The notes: a model not told the origin generated them from the sequence alone. 32,000 nt of DNA from Nostoc punctiforme PCC 73102 (GCF_000020025.1 NC_010628.1:5520001-5552000), one strand, 5' to 3'; positions 1 to 8,834 are shown, counted from the first letter of the stretch. Translations and numbers: made by a program.

Positions 1-68
1 GGGTATGGGGCATTGGGTATGGGGCATTAGTCATTGGTTATTGACAAATGACTAATGACTAATAACAA
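1..68. repeat. Heptamer-periodic tandem repeat tract (STRR-like), truncated by window edge
   Basis: Reads in a 7-nt register: gggtatg gggcatt gggtatg gggcatt agtcatt ggttatt gacaaat gactaat gactaat. It abuts the stop codon of the 69..1025 gene. Confidence 0.7.
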
Positions 69-1025
69 CTACACAATGGTTTGATGGTATCCACTGCTAG
101 TCAGAGCGATCGCTACCAGTTGTGCTGATAAATTAATTAGCATTAATTCATCTTCCCGCAAAGTGCAAGGTTGTTTCCACTGTAGCGATAATACGCCCAA
201 AAGTTCATTATGGTAGCTAATTGGGATAACTAAATGTGCTTGCACACCAGTATTTTGATAGTGAGTAGCATCAATTAGTTTAGTGTCTTTAGGTACATTT
301 AAAGAAACTTGCATTTGCCCAGTGGCGATCGCTTGCGTTGTTAATGGGTCTTGAGATAGCCAATTCTCTATTTTACCTGTATCGCTGTAAGTTCCTTGAG
401 TCGCAATCAGAGTATTTCCATTTGTAAGTTGTAAAATACAGCCTTCTGTCCCAAAAGTCTCACTCACAGCCTTGGCGATTAGAGCGAGAGTTTCCTCTAA
501 ACTAGAAGCTGCTTGAGTTACCTGTACTAAAACACTCAACAGCGCCATTTGAGCATGAGCGCGGCGTAATTCTTCTGTACGTTGCTTGAGCAAGTCGTAG
601 GTTTCTGCTGCTCTTTGCACTACTGCCTTTAGTTCTCCTGGGTCCCAAGGCTTGGTGATATATTTGTAGACTTGTCCAGCATTAATTGCCTCTACCAAGT
701 CTTCAATATCAGTAAATCCAGTGAGAATTATCCTGACCGTATCGGGAAACTGAGGTACAGTTTTGCTCAGAAATTCAGTTCCTTTCATTTCTGGCATCCG
801 TTGATCGGAGATAATTACAGCTACCTCCCCTTCTGCGGCCAAAACTTGTAGGGCGTTCACTCCACTATCAGCTTTCAGAACATTAAAGTCGCGTCGAAAG
901 GTGCGATAAAGGAGATCGAGATTATCTGGCTCATCGTCAACTACCAAGATTTTCAGCTTTTTCGGCCGTTCGAGAGTCATTACTTGATATTGGACTTTAT
1001 CAATTTCGACACTGGGATTATCCAT
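69..1025 (-). CDS. Response regulator with N-terminal receiver (REC) domain and C-terminal GAF domain
   Basis: 318-aa ORF. KILVVDDEPDNL, VIISDQRMPEMKG, ILTGF and KYITKPWD supply the acidic pocket, phospho-Asp, Thr and Lys of a receiver domain. The C-terminal ~150 aa has a GAF-like pattern (HLVIPISYHNELLGVLSL). Confidence 0.85.
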   Translation of the reverse strand: MDNPSVEIDKVQYQVMTLERPKKLKILVVDDEPDNLDLLYRTFRRDFNVLKADSGVNALQVLAAEGEVAVIISDQRMPEMKGTEFLSKTVPQFPDTVRIILTGFTDIEDLVEAINAGQVYKYITKPWDPGELKAVVQRAAETYDLLKQRTEELRRAHAQMALLSVLVQVTQAASSLEETLALIAKAVSETFGTEGCILQLTNGNTLIATQGTYSDTGKIENWLSQDPLTTQAIATGQMQVSLNVPKDTKLIDATHYQNTGVQAHLVIPISYHNELLGVLSLQWKQPCTLREDELMLINLSAQLVAIALTSSGYHQTIV

Positions 1026-1269
1026 AAGAAATTTCCTTTAAATATTCACTATCTTGTTATATTCCATACCAAGCTTAGTTGAGAATAGCTAAAAATTGTC
1101 AAGGGTTTATACGGAGCTATTTTGCATATTTTAAAACTATAAGAGTGAACTATACAGAGAAAATTTATTTGCCAAAATATCTGAATTAAGAAATATTACA
1201 CCAGAAGAACCTACTAAATCAGCAGAACTATGGCGATTTTCATCATAATAGGACTTACGTAAAACTAAT

Positions 1270-1392
1270 GCGGTAGGGGCAATAGCCCAACGAGGTGCTA
1301 TCTGTAGCTTTCTTCCGCGCAGGGGTACGCTACCGCCAGTTCCTTGATACCGGGGAACCCGTCCACCCGATCGGCTCACGCTTTGCGTCTAC
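1270..1392. repeat. GC-rich composite block of Nostoc-type small dispersed repeats
   Basis: A 123-nt GC-rich block lies in an otherwise AT-rich 630-bp divergent intergenic region. It contains short hairpins (gggc-aata-gccc; gcggtag...ctaccgc) and ends in gcgtctac, the same terminus seen at 13085..13092 and 16024..16030. Confidence 0.5.
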
Positions 1393-1655
1393 ATGAATTG
1401 CCCTAAGAAAAAAATAAGGGTTCAGCTAAAGTTTTGCATAGATTAAGGTAGGTTCACAAATCTCCTTTGGATACAACGGCGCACAGATGTGAGTAGTGCC
1501 ACTCGTAGAATGGTTTGCAATTAGATGGGTTAAAATTCCAACCTACTGCCTCTTTCTGAACTCAAGGCAGTAGGTCTGAGTAATTCTATAGATTAGAATA
1601 AGACTTGCTCATGAGGTGTTAATCATCCTCTCAAGTTGAAGCTCGCATCCCGATT

Positions 1656-2744
1656 ATGACTGATCTACCACCCAACGCTCAGAATCCCGAAGAAAATGCT
1701 ACCAACGATGTAGCACAAGAGTTACTACGAAGACTGAGGCAAAAACAAGGCAACTGGGTGGAATGGGGAACGGCGATCGCCTCGTTGCTAAAAACCGGTT
1801 ACAACCCCCAAGAAATTTTTGAGGCGACTGGATTTGAGCCAATTCAACAAAATCAGGTAGTTGTTGGTTCTCAAGTTTACAATTCTTTGGAAAACTCTGG
1901 AGTATCGGCAGAGACGCGATCGCACTATGCCACACGCGGCAGTGATGTTTTATACGAACTCCGTTTGCTCACCCAAGAAGAACGCGCCGCCGCTGCCGAA
2001 CTGATCTTCTTCCACAATGTTGATGCTGATGAGGCACGGGATATAGCAAAAGCACTTAAAGAGTTCTCTTATTACCGCACTTTACCAGAAGGGTTTTCTG
2101 CCCATCCTGGAGATGCTGTTGCTCACCAAGTTTGGAAGCTGGCACGCCAAAATGCAGATTTACAACAGCGATCGCGCCTAATCGCCAAAGGTTTACGTTT
2201 TGCTCACACGCCAGCAGCAAGGCAAAAAATCGAACAACTACTGACTGATTTTACTACCGTTCCCCAGCGTCCAGCGCCAATTTTACCCTTTTACCGCCTG
2301 GAATTTGAAGAACAATTACCCCGAATTTTACCCGTAGTGGGTGAGCTGCCATTATCACGGCAAGATTTGCAAGCTGTGCCGATATTGACAGAAATTGAAC
2401 CATTTCGTCTGGTTAAATTTTCTGGAGAGCAAGCTTGGGTTCCATTACCAGGTTGGCAAGTGCTGTTGGCGGCAGAAGATCCAGTTGTGATTTTAGCGAA
2501 TAGCGATCGCTTTCCCATCCAAACCCAAAGCCAAGTGGGGCCCGTTGTAGTTGTGGTAGATCGTGCCAAACGAGAATGGGATGCCTCTAGCTATTTTGTT
2601 GTTGAAAATGGTGGTGAATTAGATTTTCAGTGGTTTGAAACTGAGCCAGAAATTCCTTTACTAGGACAAATTATTATCATTGTGCGTCCTAAGAAAATTC
2701 TGGATGAAGAATTAACTAAGGATTCCTGGCAGATTGATGAATAA
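1656..2744 (+). CDS. raf1: RuBisCO accumulation factor 1 (Raf1)
   Basis: 362-aa ORF. GFEPIQQNQVVVGSQVY, GSDVLYELRLLTQEERAAAA, DADEARDIAKALKEF and the C-terminal IIIIVRPKK...SWQIDE are co-linear with my recollection of plant and cyanobacterial Raf1 (alpha domain plus beta dimerisation domain). Confidence 0.8.
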   Translation: MTDLPPNAQNPEENATNDVAQELLRRLRQKQGNWVEWGTAIASLLKTGYNPQEIFEATGFEPIQQNQVVVGSQVYNSLENSGVSAETRSHYATRGSDVLYELRLLTQEERAAAAELIFFHNVDADEARDIAKALKEFSYYRTLPEGFSAHPGDAVAHQVWKLARQNADLQQRSRLIAKGLRFAHTPAARQKIEQLLTDFTTVPQRPAPILPFYRLEFEEQLPRILPVVGELPLSRQDLQAVPILTEIEPFRLVKFSGEQAWVPLPGWQVLLAAEDPVVILANSDRFPIQTQSQVGPVVVVVDRAKREWDASSYFVVENGGELDFQWFETEPEIPLLGQIIIIVRPKKILDEELTKDSWQIDE

Positions 2745-2758
2745 TTGAAGAAAAATTT

Positions 2759-2783
2759 AGAACAGAATTCTGAATTCTGTTCT
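2759..2783. terminator. Perfect 25-nt palindrome between convergent raf1 and the AAA+ gene (candidate bidirectional terminator)
   Basis: agaacagaattc-t-gaattctgttct. On the minus strand it is followed by taaatttttcttc; the T-run on the plus strand is weaker. Confidence 0.5.
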
Positions 2784-2800
2784 GATAAACTTTCCTTTTA

Positions 2801-4027
2801 CTATTCTAAATCTTTGCCATTAATAATTGTGCTGCTCATTTGTTCTCGCAAAATCGCAACTTGAGAAATCATAATTTTCTCTAGTCCCCCAGTTTCCATC
2901 GCTCCTATCCAACGAATCATTGATGAGAGAAATAATTCTTTGAGGTAGGCAAAAGAAAAGCCTTCTGTCAATGCAGCTATGTGACTTACAGCCTGCTCAG
3001 ATAATCCCATTTCACTGTTTAATTTATCATTCCACAATCTGATGTAAGTTTCTCGTTCTGGAAACGCTGGCAGATCAAAATGATATTTCCGATCAAAGCG
3101 GCTGGGGCGATCGCTAATTGCTGAATCTAAACGTTCTGGATGATTAGTGGTTGCAAGAGTCACAATTCCCTCATTAGAAGCAAAGCCATCAAGTTCATTT
3201 AAAAAGAAAGAGCGGTTTTCATCATTTAATAGAGAATCAATATCTTCTAATACCAAAACACAAGGGGCAGATTGCCGTGCTTGTTTGAATACTTTACGGA
3301 TATTGTCGCTATCAGTAGCATATTCAGACTTAAAACTTTTAACGTATAAGCAAGGCTGCTGCATTTGGTTAATCAACGCTTTCACTGTATGCGTTTTTCC
3401 ATTTCCTGGTGAGCCAATAAACAAAATACCACGTTTCCAAAGAACGCTATAATTTGCGTAAGTTTCGCGGGAGGTAAAGAAATTTATTAGATCATCTTGA
3501 ATATCTTGTTTAAGAGTTTTATGCAAAACTAGATTCTCAAAAGTTGAGCTTTGAATAGATTGAAAGAGTTCGGGGTTTTTATCCCAGTAACCATCTTCAA
3601 AAACTAAAAGCTCATCACGAATTTCTGAGTTCCACTCACAAACTGCGGCGAAAAACTTTTCAGCTACTTCTGAACTATCTGCCAAAATCCAAGAATAGCG
3701 AGTTTTACAATAACCTTCATTCCAACTCATTAAAACGACATCAAGTTTATTTCCTTGCCATGAAACTTGAAATCTGGCATTTTCATTATATTTGTAAATC
3801 TCGTTATCCATGCCATTCCAACCAGTAAGTATCTGGTTATGGATATGATTATCATATTTAATTTTGCAGAGATTTGCCTCAGCGTATTTTTCTAAATTGA
3901 AAGAACTATCATTACTTTCCAGCAATCCTTTTTTAGGATAAATAGCTGCTAGCTCATGACTAACATAATAGGAGATAGCATTATTAGATAAGCTAAGACC
4001 TTGTGTAATTATTTTTTGAATTTTCAT
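2801..4027 (-). CDS. AAA+ ATPase of the classical AAA clade (YjoB/BCS1-like architecture) with uncharacterised N-terminal ~190 aa
   Basis: 408-aa ORF with Walker A GSPGNGKT, Walker B VLVLEDID and second region of homology ATTNHPERLDSAISDRPSRFDRKYHF. The N-terminal half matches no domain I can name. The gene is visibly AT-rich. Confidence 0.85.
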   Translation of the reverse strand: MKIQKIITQGLSLSNNAISYYVSHELAAIYPKKGLLESNDSSFNLEKYAEANLCKIKYDNHIHNQILTGWNGMDNEIYKYNENARFQVSWQGNKLDVVLMSWNEGYCKTRYSWILADSSEVAEKFFAAVCEWNSEIRDELLVFEDGYWDKNPELFQSIQSSTFENLVLHKTLKQDIQDDLINFFTSRETYANYSVLWKRGILFIGSPGNGKTHTVKALINQMQQPCLYVKSFKSEYATDSDNIRKVFKQARQSAPCVLVLEDIDSLLNDENRSFFLNELDGFASNEGIVTLATTNHPERLDSAISDRPSRFDRKYHFDLPAFPERETYIRLWNDKLNSEMGLSEQAVSHIAALTEGFSFAYLKELFLSSMIRWIGAMETGGLEKIMISQVAILREQMSSTIINGKDLE

Positions 4028-4150
4028 GTTTATTTATTTTTTTGGTTAGTTAGAGCTTAGAAAGATATCAAATTAAGCTAATCTAACATTAAGATGGCTG
4101 AATTGTGAATTCTTGCTTAAAGAATTATTCTTCCAAATATAAAATTTGAT

Positions 4151-6568
4151 ATGTCAGACTCTAAATTTACTACTCCTGTGGCTCAAGAATCCCTCCACTC
4201 AGAATTGTCTGAGCGATCGCCTGTTCCTAACCTGGGGGAGAAGATTCTCGCAATCCGCAATAGTCTGCGCCCTGGACAACAACAAATGGCTGACTGGGGA
4301 TCTGGCCCTTTGGCTATTTCTGCGGTTCCTGGCGCAGGCAAATCTACTGGGATGGCGGCGGCGGCAGCGATCGCGATCGCGCGTCAATACGAACGTTATG
4401 CCCAGTCGCGTCCATCCTCGCGTCGTCATTTGGTAGTCGTCACCTTTACTCGCTCTGCTGCTGCCAATATTAAAGCGAAGATCCGTAAATTCTTACGAGA
4501 TGATTTATCTCTACCCCAGACAGGATTTTTTGTCTATACTCTACATGGTTTAGCGTTAAATATTGCTAGCCGCTATTCGGATTTATCCGGTTTGCAGTTA
4601 GAAAATGTCACATTAATTACACCAACTCAAAGTCATCGCTTTATCCGAAGCGCTGTAGAACAATGGATTGCGAATAATCCCGGAATATATTTGCGGTTAT
4701 TAGAAGGTCATCAATTTGACGGAGAAGAGACAGAAAGGTTGCGTCGTCAATCGGTGCTACGAACAGAAGTATTGCCGGAATTGGCGAATACGGTAATTCA
4801 TGAAGCAAAAAGTTCTGGGATATCGCCAGAAAAACTGCGGGAGTGGAGTAAACAAACCACAGACGAATATACAATTTTGAGCGTAGCAGCGGGATTGTAT
4901 GAGCAATATCAAAACTTAATGCGATCGCGTGACTTCATCGATTACGACGATATGATTTTAGCCGCACTGCGCGTTTTAGAGAACGACAGCGCCCGTCGCA
5001 TTGAGCAAAACCAAGTTTTCGCCGTCTTTGAAGACGAAGCCCAAGATTCTAGCCCACTACAGACGCAGTTATTAGAAATTTTGGCGAGTGATGGGTACAA
5101 AGGTGATAAATCCTCAATCCTAACTCCTCACTCTTCACTCAACTTGGTACGAGTTGGCGACCCAAACCAAGCAATTAACTCTACCTTTACCCCAGCCGAT
5201 CCGATTTATTTCCGACACTTTTGCGAAGAGTGCGATCGCATCGAACGATTGGCAACGATGGATCAAGCTGGTCGCAGTACTAGAATTATCATTGAAGCTG
5301 CTAACTTTGCCCTAAAATGGATCAATAATCAATCCTTAGCAAAAACGAATAACGGACAACAGACTCCTGAAAACCGACAAGTACCATTTCGCTTACAGAC
5401 AATTCGCCCTGTTGAAACAGGCGATCCACAAAAGAACGCCAACCCAGCACCGATCGGACAGGGATTAGAACTTTATACCCCGCGTGACATTCATCACACT
5501 GTTGAATTGTTATCTCAAAGAGTAATCGAGTTATTTGGCGAAGACCCAACACAAAATAGTGCAGCGATTTTAGTGCGAGAAAATCGCCAAGGACGATGGT
5601 TAGCAGAAGCTCTAGCACCTGTGTGCAAAGAGCATAATATTACACTTTACGATGTGGGAGAACGCGATCGCCGTTCCCATGTTCCCCAAGAGATTTTAGC
5701 ATTGCTGCAATTTTGCGATCGCCCCCACTCCCCCGATTACCTGAAAGCTGCCTTAGAAGCATTAGTACAGCGCCAGTTAATTCCTACTCAAGACCTCAAC
5801 GCCCTTGCAAGTCTACCAGAAGAATTTTTGTATCCTGGCCCTCTAGCAGCACCCCAGGCAGAAACAGTCCAAAAGGCTGCACGCTTATGTCGCAATTTAC
5901 TTCGCGCCCGCTTGGAATTGCCCCTGTACCAGCTAATTTCCTTTCTTGCCTTGACTTTAAATTATGACCAGGCAGAATTAGCAACTGCTGACAAACTTGC
6001 AGAACGGGTAAACCAGCAGATAGCTGGCAATAGTTCAATGAGGGGAATGCTGTCAGCTTTAAGTGAAATCGTCAGTTCCGAACGGTTTGAACCAGTGGAA
6101 ACCGAAGATTCGGAAGAACGTTACACTCGTCGCGGTCAACTGACCATTATTACCATGCACAAAGCCAAAGGGCTAGATTGGGACTATGTATTTCTTCCCT
6201 TTCTCCACGAAAACTTGATTCCTGGTAGATTTTGGGTTCCTCCCCAAAGCCAGTTTTTAGGTGATTTTACCTTATCAGAAGTAGCCCGCGCCCAAATTCG
6301 TGCTGCTCTCCACGGAGAATCCACCATACCAGATGTTACGCAAGCATGGGAACAAGCAAAGCATTTGAAAATATCAGAGGAATACCGTTTACTCTACGTT
6401 GCAATGACACGGGCCAAGCGTCTGGTATGGATGTCAGCAGCGCAGAAAGCCCCTTTTACTTGGAGTAAACCAGAGAATTTACAAGAACAAGCGCCTTGCC
6501 CAGTATTCCCAGCATTAAAGCGCCAATTTTCTGAATGTGTGGCGAATTTAGCGGTAATGGGTAAATAA
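4151..6568 (+). CDS. UvrD/Rep/PcrA-family (SF1A) DNA helicase
   Basis: 805-aa ORF with motif I AVPGAGKST, Ia VTFTRSAAANI, II FEDEAQDSSP, III VGDPNQAI, V ITMHKAKGLDWDYVFLP and VI LLYVAMTRAKRLVWMS. It contains many HIP1 sites. Confidence 0.9.
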   Translation: MSDSKFTTPVAQESLHSELSERSPVPNLGEKILAIRNSLRPGQQQMADWGSGPLAISAVPGAGKSTGMAAAAAIAIARQYERYAQSRPSSRRHLVVVTFTRSAAANIKAKIRKFLRDDLSLPQTGFFVYTLHGLALNIASRYSDLSGLQLENVTLITPTQSHRFIRSAVEQWIANNPGIYLRLLEGHQFDGEETERLRRQSVLRTEVLPELANTVIHEAKSSGISPEKLREWSKQTTDEYTILSVAAGLYEQYQNLMRSRDFIDYDDMILAALRVLENDSARRIEQNQVFAVFEDEAQDSSPLQTQLLEILASDGYKGDKSSILTPHSSLNLVRVGDPNQAINSTFTPADPIYFRHFCEECDRIERLATMDQAGRSTRIIIEAANFALKWINNQSLAKTNNGQQTPENRQVPFRLQTIRPVETGDPQKNANPAPIGQGLELYTPRDIHHTVELLSQRVIELFGEDPTQNSAAILVRENRQGRWLAEALAPVCKEHNITLYDVGERDRRSHVPQEILALLQFCDRPHSPDYLKAALEALVQRQLIPTQDLNALASLPEEFLYPGPLAAPQAETVQKAARLCRNLLRARLELPLYQLISFLALTLNYDQAELATADKLAERVNQQIAGNSSMRGMLSALSEIVSSERFEPVETEDSEERYTRRGQLTIITMHKAKGLDWDYVFLPFLHENLIPGRFWVPPQSQFLGDFTLSEVARAQIRAALHGESTIPDVTQAWEQAKHLKISEEYRLLYVAMTRAKRLVWMSAAQKAPFTWSKPENLQEQAPCPVFPALKRQFSECVANLAVMGK

Positions 6569-6993
6569 GGGCGATCAAAATTTTTAAGAAATTGCAGGAA
6601 TTTATAGTTACTAGCGATCGCAAATCCCAGAATATCTGTATAAAATAAATTACCTCTTGTGGAATTTGCCATTTGAAAATTGGTGTTATACATTGGTGTT
6701 CAGCTTTTAATAGGAAATTTATTTATCAATGAAAACCCAACAAATCAGTTCCACGACACTAGAAAATAGACCCAGCAAAACGAAAAAACAGTCTTTTCCT
6801 GGCATGAATATTGGTAGCCCTAAAGTACCATTCCGCCAATGCAAGAAAACAGCACAACAGCATGAATTACTTAGTGATTGGGAACACGCGAGTTAATGTA
6901 GTGACATAGCCTTATGCCAACTTCCAGTTATGATTTTGGCTTCTGTGCAACTCTCGGTATCCGATCGGGCATTAACTAAGAAAACATTGTAAA

Positions 6994-7569
6994 TTAGGGG
7001 TGTAACGGATTTTTTCGGTCTATTGCCATAAGCCAACAATCTGAGTATTTCCCTTCATGGAGTTCATGGGCTGGCAATAACTTTAATTTCACAAAACCAC
7101 ATTTTTCATAGCAGCGAATGGCGCGAGGATTGCCAAGGTGCGGGTCTATGACAATTTTATGAGCTTGCAGATGTTCAAAAAGATAGGTGATAATTGCTGA
7201 CAAAATTTTTGTACCAATTCCTTTATTCCAATAGTCGGTTTCACCTATGAACAAGTCAATTCCATAGACATAATCAGTTTGTTCGAGGTAATACAATTGC
7301 CTGTCAGTTTGGGATAAGTCATTGAGCGCACAATACTGCAAATAACCAATGGAAATATTTTGATAGTAGAATAAACACGGAACAACCGGATCATTTCCCT
7401 CGATCGCAGGTTTGTACGTTTCTATAATTCTTTCTAAATCAAAAAGATTATCTCTTCCTTCGTAAAATTTTAAAACTTGTTCATCAGTTAACCATTTTGC
7501 CATCAACTTATAATCATGCATTTCATCCTGCATTAGACGAATAGTTATTTCGTCTTGTTGAATTAACAT
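6994..7569 (-). CDS. GNAT N-acetyltransferase, AAC(6')-Ib-like
   Basis: 191-aa ORF. IRLMQDEMHDYKLMAKWL, WNKGIGTKIL and DPHLGNPRAIRCYEKCGF parallel VTLRLMTEHDL, LGKGLGTKLV and DPSPSNLRAIRCYEKAGF of AAC(6')-Ib as I recall it. Confidence 0.8.
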   Translation of the reverse strand: MLIQQDEITIRLMQDEMHDYKLMAKWLTDEQVLKFYEGRDNLFDLERIIETYKPAIEGNDPVVPCLFYYQNISIGYLQYCALNDLSQTDRQLYYLEQTDYVYGIDLFIGETDYWNKGIGTKILSAIITYLFEHLQAHKIVIDPHLGNPRAIRCYEKCGFVKLKLLPAHELHEGKYSDCWLMAIDRKNPLHP

Positions 7570-7655
7570 ATCCTGTGTAGATTTTCTAGGCCGTATTTAA
7601 ATAATTATAGTTTGTTCAAAATGTTGATTATTTTGTAAAAATTATGAAAAAGCAA

Positions 7656-7696
7656 AAGGGAATTCCATACCTGCTTTGTAAAAATGGAATTCCCTT
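7656..7696 (-). terminator. Rho-independent terminator candidate downstream of the ChaB-like gene
   Basis: 13-bp stem aagggaattccat / atggaattccctt with a 15-nt loop. On the minus strand it is followed by ttgctttttc. Confidence 0.55.
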
Positions 7697-7748
7697 GAAA
7701 TTTTGCCTTATCTCTACCAAAAGATACTTATGGCGAGCTTAAATTTAC

Positions 7749-7994
7749 TCAATTACCACCAGACGTAACAGCTTTATTATGTATAGCAGTGTCTTCAGCC
7801 TTTCTCTGCCATTTGCCATCGCTGCCTGGTTCGTATTCATTCTTCACACTATTCCAAGCAATTTCACGCGCACCCTCTTCATTTGAACCATTACTTTGAG
7901 CAGCATTAAATGCAGCTAGAAAAATCTGCTGTGCGTGTTCGGGCAACTGTTCTCTAATTTCACCAGGCAATTCATTTATTGTTTTATCAGCCAT
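7749..7994 (-). CDS. ChaB-family protein
   Basis: 81-aa ORF. LPEHAQQIFLAAFNAA, AREIAWNSVKNEYE and DGKWQRK parallel the ChaB pattern LPSHAQDIYKEAFNSA...AHKVAWAAVKHEY...DDKWHKK. Confidence 0.7.
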   Translation of the reverse strand: MADKTINELPGEIREQLPEHAQQIFLAAFNAAQSNGSNEEGAREIAWNSVKNEYEPGSDGKWQRKAEDTAIHNKAVTSGGN

Positions 7995-8107
7995 AAACTT
8001 ATCTCCAATTATTTCAACTTAGTTCATACTAAAAAACTAGCAGTATAATTTCCTCTTTCTAGAAGAATAGAAGTAAACAATCATACTTTTGGCTGAGTTA
8101 GGCAATT

Positions 8108-8776
8108 TTAAATCAGCGATGCAATGATATTGATACTCATGGCTAAAATGGTGGTATTGAAAAAGAAGGATAATATGCTATGTAACAGAGTCAAGCGCCT
8201 CATCTCGCGCGATCTCGTCTCCACATCTGAAACTTGACTTGTCATGCCAATTACAAATGAATAATATAAAAATTCCCAATAGTCTGGATAGTCGTTATTA
8301 GGAAAATCTAAACCTGCGGTAATTTCTTCACTGTGATTACGATTAATATATTTGTAATAGCTGTGTGCATATTGCACTGCAAACATCGTATGCACTAATA
8401 GCCAGGAACCGACAATGGTCATAATTGAAAGTATGACATGTAGGGTAAGCAGAGTTGCTGATAGCCCTTTTTTATCAGTTAGTAAAAACCCGATCGCTAA
8501 AACACTAGCACAAGCCGCAGCTATCACCAGCATGAATATAGCTAAATGTCCTTCATATTCATTCTCAGCATAACGGCGAATTTTTTCTGGGCTAGCCTCG
8601 ATCATTTTCCACCAAGTTACGGCTAAGAAAAAGTCAGCACCAAAGTTCCAAACGCAGAGAATGCGAGTTGGTAAGTGCAGCCAACGTGGAAGTATTACTG
8701 AAATTAATACAGCGAGTGCAACAGCAATTATCAGTCTGGGTCGAGGGTCAAAGTTTTTAAATAAGTTAAGTTTCAC
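8108..8776 (-). CDS. DUF1345-family integral membrane protein
   Basis: 222-aa ORF with about 5-6 hydrophobic helices. The motifs YAHSYY, GLDFPN, PDYWEFLYYSFVIGMTSQVSDV and LLHSILSFFFNTTILAMSIN are as I recall for DUF1345. Confidence 0.65.
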   Translation of the reverse strand: MKLNLFKNFDPRPRLIIAVALAVLISVILPRWLHLPTRILCVWNFGADFFLAVTWWKMIEASPEKIRRYAENEYEGHLAIFMLVIAAACASVLAIGFLLTDKKGLSATLLTLHVILSIMTIVGSWLLVHTMFAVQYAHSYYKYINRNHSEEITAGLDFPNNDYPDYWEFLYYSFVIGMTSQVSDVETRSREMRRLTLLHSILSFFFNTTILAMSINIIASLI

Positions 8777-8834
8777 AAATATTGCGATCGCAGATGTTAT
8801 CCAAATTAGATTTAATTAATTTGTAATCTTTCTT

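Noticed and set aside
1137-1379. 80-aa ORF in the ORF track
   Set aside because: It runs through the GC-rich dispersed-repeat block and gives Arg/Gly/Pro-rich low-complexity text. It has no start context. It is most likely a repeat-generated spurious ORF.
3147-3452. 101-aa ORF antisense to the AAA+ ATPase gene
   Set aside because: It overlaps the Walker A/B region of a strongly supported CDS and has no motifs of its own.
1656-4027. Idea that the AAA+ ATPase next to raf1 is a Rubisco activase-type remodeler
   Set aside because: The genes are convergent and differ in composition. The ATPase has classical-clade AAA motifs (GSPGNGKT, SRH with RFDR), not the Rca/CbbX-type signatures I recall. 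The adjacency alone is not evidence.
2801-6568. Idea that the ATPase/helicase pair is a Gabija-like system
   Set aside because: GajA is an ABC-type ATPase fused to a TOPRIM nuclease, and this protein is a classical AAA with no nuclease region. I kept the pair only as a low-confidence generic hypothesis in the findings.
6394-6693. 99-aa minus-strand ORF overlapping the helicase 3' end
   Set aside because: It overlaps helicase motif VI coding sequence on the opposite strand and has no features of its own.
6729-6896. 55-codon plus-strand ORF (MKTQQISSTTLENRPSKTKKQSFPGMNIGSPKVPFRQCKKTAQQHELLSDWEHAS) in the helicase-GNAT gap
   Set aside because: It is basic and low-complexity, with no hydrophobic core or motif and only a weak aggaa 13 nt upstream. 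The evidence is not enough to call it a gene.
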